DNA of 36,091 nucleotides from a virus: IMG/VR virus record IMGVR_UViG_3300045988_081375, positions 1 to 36,091 of that record; one strand, 5' to 3'. Shown piece by piece: positions 30,294 to 36,091 of this stretch (position 1 is its first letter; each line of letters starts with the position of its first letter). The notes under the pieces were generated by a model. It saw only the letters and a program-made list of their open reading frames with translations, ran no database searches and was not told where the DNA came from. The position numbers and the translations under genes were made by a program.

Positions 30294-31551
30294 GCTAAGC
30301 GACATCATTGCGCCGTCATTTTACGACTTGCATAAAGACATAAAGGCAGACAGGCACACGCATTACTGGCTCAAAGGCGGCAGAGGCTCGACAAAATCAT
30401 CTTTTGCATCAACGGAAATTCCGCTCGGTATGATGAAAGATCCTATGGCGAATGCGGTCGTTATCCGAAAAGTCGGCCTATATCTGAAAGACAGCGTTTA
30501 TGAACAGCTCCTGTGGGCAATAGAAAGGCTCGGCGTGTCGCACTTATGGCAGTGCAGGCAGTCACCGCTTGAGCTTGTCTACACACCGACAGGACAGCGT
30601 ATTTTATTTCGTGGCGCAGACAAGCCGAAAAAGCTGAAATCTACCAAAGTCAGAAAGGGCTATATCCGCTATGTGTGGTACGAGGAAGCAGACGAGTTCG
30701 GCGGTATGGAAGAAATACGCACCATCAATCAATCCCTGCTCAGAGGCGGTGCGACATACACCGTTTTTTACACGTTCAATCCGCCGAAAAGCCAAAGAAA
30801 CTGGATAAACAGCGAGGTGCTTGTTCCTCGCTCGGACAAGATAGTGCATCACAGCGACTATCGTTCTGTGCCGGCAGAATGGCTCGGAGAACAGTTTTTG
30901 ATTGAAGCAAAGCACCTTGAGCAGACAAAGCCGGAGCAGTACAGGCATGAATATCTCGGCGAGGTTACGGGAACAGGCGCAGAGGTGTTCACAAACGTTG
31001 TTATCCGCCCTATCACGGACGAGGAAATAAAGTCATTCGATCATATCAAGCGTGGTATAGACTGGGGTTACGGCGCAGATCCGTTTGTATATATAACAGC
31101 TCATTTCGACAGCAAGCGAAATAGGCTGTTTATTTTTTACGAATTTTTCAGGTGCGCCGCAAAGTATGACGTTATTGCAAATGCAATTCGCAAGGAGAAT
31201 ACACAAAGCGGTACAATCATTGCCGAGTCTGCCGAGCCACGCTCAAACGATGAGCTTCGGGACAGGGGTTTTCGCATAAGGACGGCAGTCAAAGGTCCGG
31301 GAAGCGTCGAGCACGGTATAACGTGGCTTCAGAACCTCGAAGAAATCGTTATTGACGGCACACGTTGCCCGAACGCCGCCCGTGAGTTCAACGAATATGA
31401 ACTTGACCGTGACAGCAGGGGCGAGCTGAAAGCGGACTTCCCCGACAAGAACAATCACACAATAGACGCTATCCGTTATGCCCTTGAGGACTATATCGGC
31501 AGGAAGATAGTGAAATCAACGCTCAGCAAGCGGAAATTAGGCATTTATTAA
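30280..31551 (+). CDS. terL: terminase large subunit (PBSX/Terminase_3 type)
   Basis: TTG start directly after an in-frame TAG. Walker A LKGGRGSTKSSF, Walker B-like VWYEEADE, and nuclease-domain Asp residues (IDWGY..DP, HTIDAIRYAL). Confidence 0.9.
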   Translation: MTTVKLSDIIAPSFYDLHKDIKADRHTHYWLKGGRGSTKSSFASTEIPLGMMKDPMANAVVIRKVGLYLKDSVYEQLLWAIERLGVSHLWQCRQSPLELVYTPTGQRILFRGADKPKKLKSTKVRKGYIRYVWYEEADEFGGMEEIRTINQSLLRGGATYTVFYTFNPPKSQRNWINSEVLVPRSDKIVHHSDYRSVPAEWLGEQFLIEAKHLEQTKPEQYRHEYLGEVTGTGAEVFTNVVIRPITDEEIKSFDHIKRGIDWGYGADPFVYITAHFDSKRNRLFIFYEFFRCAAKYDVIANAIRKENTQSGTIIAESAEPRSNDELRDRGFRIRTAVKGPGSVEHGITWLQNLEEIVIDGTRCPNAAREFNEYELDRDSRGELKADFPDKNNHTIDAIRYALEDYIGRKIVKSTLSKRKLGIY

Positions 31552-31560
31552 GGAGATTTT

Positions 31561-32946
31561 ATGATAACATCACCGATTTTCACAACGGACAAAACGGCGG
31601 AGATGATAACGCCGAAAGTAGCATGTGATTACATAGAAAAGCACGATAAGTACGAAATGCCACGCCTTACGATGCTGGATAATTACTACTGCGGCAGACA
31701 GCACATCTGCGACAGACATAAAAGTGACGATATGCTGTGCAACAACCGTGTTATGATAAACCACGCCGCATATATCGCAAAGTTTACATCTTCGTATCTG
31801 ATAGCTACTCCTGTTTCTTACAGCGGTAAAGATGATACGGATATTACGGCAATAACCGACTGCCTTTCTTATGCCGACAGCAGTACGCAGGACGCAGATC
31901 TTGCACTCGATGCCGCAATATTCGGCAGAGCCTACGAACTTATCTATATGGACGCTGACAGCCGCCCGAAGTTCGCCCGTATCACTCCGCTGTCCGCATT
32001 TGTCGTTTATGATGATACTGTGGAGCAAAATCCCGTATTTGCGGTGTATTACTATCCGGTTTTCGAGCCGGGCAACAGTACGCCTGAGTGCTTCAAGTGT
32101 CAGCTTATGACCGATACGATAACGCAGGACTTTGAGCTTACAAGCAACTTCGGACTTAAATCGGAGGGCGAGGCAGTACCGCACTATTTCGGCAAAGTGC
32201 CGCTGAATGAGATCTATAATGACGGTCAGCGACAGGGCGATTTTGAGCAGGTCATAAGCCTTATTGACGCATATAACACGTTGCAGTCAGACCGGGTTAA
32301 CGACAAGGAGCAGTTCGTTGACAGCCTGATGTACATTAAAGGTCAGATACTCGGCGAAACCGACGATGAGAAGGCTGAAACCTACAGCGATATTCAGCGC
32401 AACAGGGTCGTTGAGCTGTCGCAGGACGGCGAAATAGGCTTTCTGACACGGCAGTTTGATGAAGCAAGCGTGGAAGTGCTGAGAAAGAGTATTGTTACCG
32501 ATATTCACAAGATTTCGGGCGTGCCCGATATGTCGGACGACAATTTTGCAGGGAATGCTTCGGGTGTTGCCATGAAGTACAAGCTTCTTAATCTTGAGCA
32601 GATTACCAAGACGAAAGAGCGGTATTTCACAGAAGGCTTACGTTACCGCCTTGGATGCCTTTCCAACATAATCGGCATAAAAGGCAGTTATATCGACCCG
32701 AAGCTGATAGACATAACCTTTACACGCTCACTCCCTCAGAATGAGCTGGAGCTGTCGCAGGTAGTGGCAACGCTTGACGGTAAAGTACCGCAGGAAACGT
32801 TACTGTCGCTCCTGCCGTTCGTCAAGGATCCTCAGAGTGCCGCAGAAGAACTTCGACAGCAGAAGCAGGACGCTATAGCGGCACAGCAGCAGATGTTTAT
32901 GAACACACCGCTTGCAAGAGGCGAAAGCAATGAAGAATCCGAGTAA
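31561..32946 (+). CDS. portal protein (SPP1 gp6-like)
   Basis: 461 aa located after terL. Motifs DAAIFGRAYELIY, AYNTLQSDRVNDKEQFVDSL, GNASGVAMKYKL. Confidence 0.9.
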   Translation: MITSPIFTTDKTAEMITPKVACDYIEKHDKYEMPRLTMLDNYYCGRQHICDRHKSDDMLCNNRVMINHAAYIAKFTSSYLIATPVSYSGKDDTDITAITDCLSYADSSTQDADLALDAAIFGRAYELIYMDADSRPKFARITPLSAFVVYDDTVEQNPVFAVYYYPVFEPGNSTPECFKCQLMTDTITQDFELTSNFGLKSEGEAVPHYFGKVPLNEIYNDGQRQGDFEQVISLIDAYNTLQSDRVNDKEQFVDSLMYIKGQILGETDDEKAETYSDIQRNRVVELSQDGEIGFLTRQFDEASVEVLRKSIVTDIHKISGVPDMSDDNFAGNASGVAMKYKLLNLEQITKTKERYFTEGLRYRLGCLSNIIGIKGSYIDPKLIDITFTRSLPQNELELSQVVATLDGKVPQETLLSLLPFVKDPQSAAEELRQQKQDAIAAQQQMFMNTPLARGESNEESE

Positions 32947-34570
32947 GAAATATTGGGAGGACAGAGCCGCAGGACGAATGGTAAGCTACACGTCAAAAGC
33001 GGAAAGCACTGCCGATACGCTCGGTAAGGCTTATTACGCAACAGCACGGTATTTGCAAGGGGAAGCGAATGACGTTTTTAACGCCTTTACAGATAAGTTT
33101 GAACTGAGTATTGCCGAAGCCGAAACAATGCTCAAAAACGCACCGAATAAGTCTATGTTTGAACAGATGAAGACCGCTCTTGCTACCTGCACCGATGAGC
33201 AGAGGAAGCAGGAGCTTGAAACGCTGTTGTCTTCGCCTGCATACGCCCACAGAATAGGGCGCTTAAATGATCTTGACAGCAAGATAAGTGATATGTGCTC
33301 ACGCCTTGCAAACGCCGAAATAGGCGTTGATACAGAGCATCTGGGCGATATAATTCAGAGTGCGTATATGCAGACGGTTTTCGATGTGACGAAGGGTGCG
33401 GATTACCGTGCGGCTTTCGATTTAATTCCCGAAAGCCGTGTGAAAGCTATTCTGTCTACTAACTGGAGCGGCCAGATGTTCTCCGAGCGTGTCTGGGATA
33501 ACACAAACGCACTTGCAGACGGGCTGAAGCACGATATGCTTGTGGGCATTATGGCAGGAAAGTCCGAACAGCATATGGCGGACGATATAATGAGCCGCTG
33601 CGGTGTCGGCGCTTTCGAGGCACGCAGGCTTGTCCGAACGGAAACCACCTGCGTTGCGAATATGGCGGAGCTGTACGGCTACAAGGAACTTGACATTGAC
33701 GAATACGAGTTTTCCGCCTGCCTTGACAGCCGTACAAGCGATCTATGCCGTGAGCTTGACGGTAAGGTGTTCAAGCGCAACAGCGCACAGGCAGGTGTAA
33801 ATCTTCCGCCTATGCACCCGTTCTGCCGTTCTACAACGCTCCCTGTACTGCCGAGCGAGGAGGATCTTGACAAAGAGCTTGCCGAACTGGGCGATGAGAT
33901 AGGCGCAGATGTTGACATTGACGAGTGGGAGCGGAACTTACAGCAGGGCGAGGACGGCAAGTGGCGGTACGTTGCAGGAAGTGCGGGTAAACCGATGAGG
34001 TTTGCAGGGGATGGTGTTGACAAATCAAAGGGAAATGGTATAATTAATATAGAATTTGATGAATTTGTACCGTGTTTAAAAGATGCAGAAACCGGTGAGA
34101 TTTTTCAGACGGAAGTTAGAGAACTCACGAAATCTGAATATTCACGCTTCAAGGAGGCTGATGGTTGGAATATAGATTGGTCGGATATTCCTGATGGTGA
34201 ACAGGTCTTAGGAGTATATCTTAAAAACGATACAGAACCACAGGGACTTATAGCTATACGCAAAGATAAAGGCGGTGTATACTTGTCGTATGCAAGTACA
34301 GCACCTATCAACAACAAACTGCTTAACAATGGAAAACAGAAGTTTATTGGAGTCGGAGGACATTTATTTGCGGCGGCTATAGAGGAGTCCGTAAAAGCGG
34401 GAAACGAGACCGGATGTATATACGGATATGCGGCTAATCAAGAAGTTCTTAATCATTATATAGAGAATTTTGGCGCTGTTCACTTGCCAATCACTCATGA
34501 ATATCAGTTTATAATAGACGGGGAAGCGGCAGAGCAAATTCTCTCAAAATATAATTTTGAAAGGATATAA
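32930..34570 (+). CDS. minor head protein (MuF / SPP1 gp7 domain) fused to a C-terminal GNAT-like module
   Basis: MuF core: FSERVWDNT...RLVRTETTCVANMAE...SACLDSRTSDLCRELDGKVF...PPMHPFCRSTT. From about 34020 there is an AT-richer extra domain with the GNAT-like pattern QKFIGVGGHLFAAAIEESVKAG...IYGYAANQEVLNHYIENFGA. Confidence 0.85.
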   Translation: MKNPSKKYWEDRAAGRMVSYTSKAESTADTLGKAYYATARYLQGEANDVFNAFTDKFELSIAEAETMLKNAPNKSMFEQMKTALATCTDEQRKQELETLLSSPAYAHRIGRLNDLDSKISDMCSRLANAEIGVDTEHLGDIIQSAYMQTVFDVTKGADYRAAFDLIPESRVKAILSTNWSGQMFSERVWDNTNALADGLKHDMLVGIMAGKSEQHMADDIMSRCGVGAFEARRLVRTETTCVANMAELYGYKELDIDEYEFSACLDSRTSDLCRELDGKVFKRNSAQAGVNLPPMHPFCRSTTLPVLPSEEDLDKELAELGDEIGADVDIDEWERNLQQGEDGKWRYVAGSAGKPMRFAGDGVDKSKGNGIINIEFDEFVPCLKDAETGEIFQTEVRELTKSEYSRFKEADGWNIDWSDIPDGEQVLGVYLKNDTEPQGLIAIRKDKGGVYLSYASTAPINNKLLNNGKQKFIGVGGHLFAAAIEESVKAGNETGCIYGYAANQEVLNHYIENFGAVHLPITHEYQFIIDGEAAEQILSKYNFERI

Positions 34571-34572
34571 AA

Positions 34573-34752
34573 ATGACTGAAATAATACCGGATCCTGATA
34601 TTAAGGAATTTGACGGGGTATATGTAGGAGGTAAAAAGCGTTTGCCACCTAATGAATATAATCTTAGCCGATTGGCAGAGTACTTACGGAAGACGAATAA
34701 GAAATTTTCAGATTTGAGCAAAGAAGAGAAAAAAGCATTTATTTTGCCTTAA
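34573..34752 (+). CDS. hypothetical 59-aa protein downstream of the MuF C-terminal module
   Basis: Hand-translated MTEIIPDPDIKEFDGVYVGGKKRLPPNEYNLSRLAEYLRKTNKKFSDLSKEEKKAFILP. It starts 3 nt after the MuF stop, shares the AT-rich composition, and is followed by a terminator. Confidence 0.45.
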   Translation: MTEIIPDPDIKEFDGVYVGGKKRLPPNEYNLSRLAEYLRKTNKKFSDLSKEEKKAFILP

Positions 34753-34782
34753 AACCGCCCACAGCAGTGAGCGGTTTTCTTA
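34751..34782 (+). terminator. terminator-like hairpin (family copy 2)
   Basis: aaaaccgc/gcggtttt stem with a 12-nt loop and a T-rich tail, followed by TTATACCC. Confidence 0.6.
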
Positions 34783-34820
34783 TACCCGTGTGCAATTGAT
34801 TGCACAAAACTTAATAATTT

Positions 34821-34847
34821 TACCGCCCCATTAGGAGCGGTATTTTT
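34821..34847 (+). terminator. terminator-like hairpin (family copy 3)
   Basis: taccgcccc/ggagcggta stem with one mismatch, followed by TTTTT and TTATACCC. Closely resembles 29884-29918. Confidence 0.6.
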
Positions 34848-34915
34848 ATACCCAAAAACAATTTATTCCGAACGTTGTGGGCAATGAACGCAGTGGGCGG
34901 AGAAAGGACAGAAAC

Positions 34916-35533
34916 ATGAACAACAGAAGAATTTTCATCGGCTTACAGCACTTCGCAGAGGGCGAGGGGGACGGTGGCGCAGATGCAAACGTTCCCGGCA
35001 ATCAGACTGCCGATAACGGCGGTGACGCTCAGGATAACGCATCGCAGAAGCCAACCTTTGATGATATGTTAAAGGACAAGGATATGCAGTCTGAGTTTGA
35101 CAAGCGTGTAAGCAAGGCACTGGAAACAGCAAAAACAAAGTGGCAGAAGGACGCAGACGAGAAGCTCTCGGAGGCGAAGAAGCTCGAAAAAATGAACACA
35201 GAGCAGAAAGCCGAGTACCAGCGTAAGCAGACTGAGGAAAAGCTTGCAAAGCGTGAGGCGGAGGTTACAAGGCGTGAGCTTATGGCGGAAGCTAAGGTAC
35301 AGCTTGCGGATAAGGGACTTCCTGTAGGGCTTGCCGCTGTGCTTGACTATACCGGTGCGGATGAATGCAAGACAAGCATTGAAACGGTCAGCAAGGCATT
35401 TGCTGAAGCCGTTGAATGTGCGGTCAACGAAAGAATGAAGGGCAATCCGCCGAAAATAGGCGCATCGGGCAAGGGCAAAGCTGAACCTGCCTCTCTTGCC
35501 GAAGCCCTGAGAATGAAGCAGGCAGGGAAATAA
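34916..35533 (+). CDS. capsid scaffolding protein
   Basis: ATG at 34916. Gly/Asp-rich N-terminus followed by E/K-rich helices (DKDMQSEFDKRVSKALETAKTKWQKDADEKL...). It lies immediately before the major capsid gene. Confidence 0.7.
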   Translation: MNNRRIFIGLQHFAEGEGDGGADANVPGNQTADNGGDAQDNASQKPTFDDMLKDKDMQSEFDKRVSKALETAKTKWQKDADEKLSEAKKLEKMNTEQKAEYQRKQTEEKLAKREAEVTRRELMAEAKVQLADKGLPVGLAAVLDYTGADECKTSIETVSKAFAEAVECAVNERMKGNPPKIGASGKGKAEPASLAEALRMKQAGK

Positions 35534-35553
35534 TCAGAAAGAGGTAAAAAATT

Positions 35554-36091
35554 ATGGCAATCACACTTGCAGAAGCAAAAGTCGGTATGGCTGATAAGGT
35601 GGATCAGCAGGTAATCGACACATTCAGACGTTCAAGCCTTCTCCTTGACAGACTTGTATTTGACAATTCAATTTCACCCGGCACTAACGGTTCAACGCTG
35701 TCATACGGATATGTACAGCTAAAAACACCTGCTACCGCTTCGGTGCGTACCATAAACAGTGAGTACACGGCAAGCGAAGCAAAGAGAGAAAAGAAAACGA
35801 CTGAAGCGGTAATCATGGGCGGTTCGTTTGAGGTTGACAGAGTTATAGCCAACACAAGCGGCGCAGTTGATGAACTCGCATTCCAGGCAGAGCAGAAGAT
35901 AAAGGCAACATCCAACTATTTTACGAACCTTGTTATTAACGGCACATCTGCCGCTTCGGGCGCAGGCTATGTAACAGGCACGTTTGACGGATTAAAGAAG
36001 ATACTTTCAACAGCAGACACAAAGGTAACGTCAACGGCGGACCTTTCAACATCGGCGCTTACCGATACTAACTATAATGCGTTCCTTGATG
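35554..36091 (+). CDS. major capsid protein, N-terminal part (continues at 56..516 through the circular junction)
   Basis: RBS agaggt, start MAITLAEAKVGMADKVDQQVIDTFRR. The ORF runs off the window end in frame with base 1. Confidence 0.8.
   Translation, partial: MAITLAEAKVGMADKVDQQVIDTFRRSSLLLDRLVFDNSISPGTNGSTLSYGYVQLKTPATASVRTINSEYTASEAKREKKTTEAVIMGGSFEVDRVIANTSGAVDELAFQAEQKIKATSNYFTNLVINGTSAASGAGYVTGTFDGLKKILSTADTKVTSTADLSTSALTDTNYNAFLD

Noticed and set aside
31570-32184. 204-aa minus-strand ORF inside the portal gene
   Set aside because: Arg/Cys-rich improbable composition, antisense to a confidently identified portal protein.
1-36091. Wholesale stop-codon reassignment (genes interrupted by recoded TAG or TGA)
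   Set aside because: All large genes are intact in the standard code, and TGA and TAA both terminate ORFs at sensible synteny-consistent positions. Only TAG avoidance, reported separately, remains unexplained.

Overview
The window is a complete temperate siphovirus-type phage genome from a Gram-positive (Firmicutes/Clostridia-like) host. Bases 1-55 are identical to 36037-36091, so it is a circularly closed assembly of about 36,036 unique bp, and the major capsid gene runs across the junction. All homology calls come from motifs I recognise by eye; no database search was run.

Gene order:
- Head-tail joining and tail genes (1-9.4 kb), including a -1 frameshifted tail chaperone, the tape measure and a repeat-rich fibre.
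- Holin and GH25 endolysin (9.4-10.9 kb).
- An IS200/IS605 insertion whose tnpA is interrupted by an in-frame TAG (11.0-11.7 kb).
- An intact attP-like region with a tRNA 3' half, its terminator and arm-type repeats (11.7-12.0 kb).
- A minus-strand lysogeny operon (12.0-15.9 kb): XRE repressor, ImmA-like protease, DEDDh exonuclease-BRCT fusion, Cys-cluster protein, then tyrosine integrase.
- A divergent switch region with a consensus promoter.
- Early genes: Cro-like, antirepressor, excisionase-family HTH and small ORFs.
- A PcfK-like/PcfJ-like pair.
- Recombination/replication module: SMC-like ATPase, AAA_24, DUF669, SF2 helicase, prim-pol/AAA_25.
- An iteron-like repeat array, RusA and a late regulator.
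- Terminase small and large subunits, portal, MuF minor head protein, scaffold and major capsid.

The most interesting parts are four AT-richer accessory insertions:
1. The exonuclease-BRCT plus Cys-cluster pair inside the immunity operon.
2. A consensus-promoter-driven moron (an autonomously expressed accessory gene cassette) with a deoxyribosyltransferase/TIR-like Rossmann N-domain, between the late regulator and terS.
3. A GNAT-like module swapped onto the C-terminus of the MuF head protein, with a small downstream ORF.
4. A promoter-ORF-terminator moron between the tail tube and tail chaperone genes.

Both morons place a sequence complementary to their own ribosome-binding site inside their own promoter.
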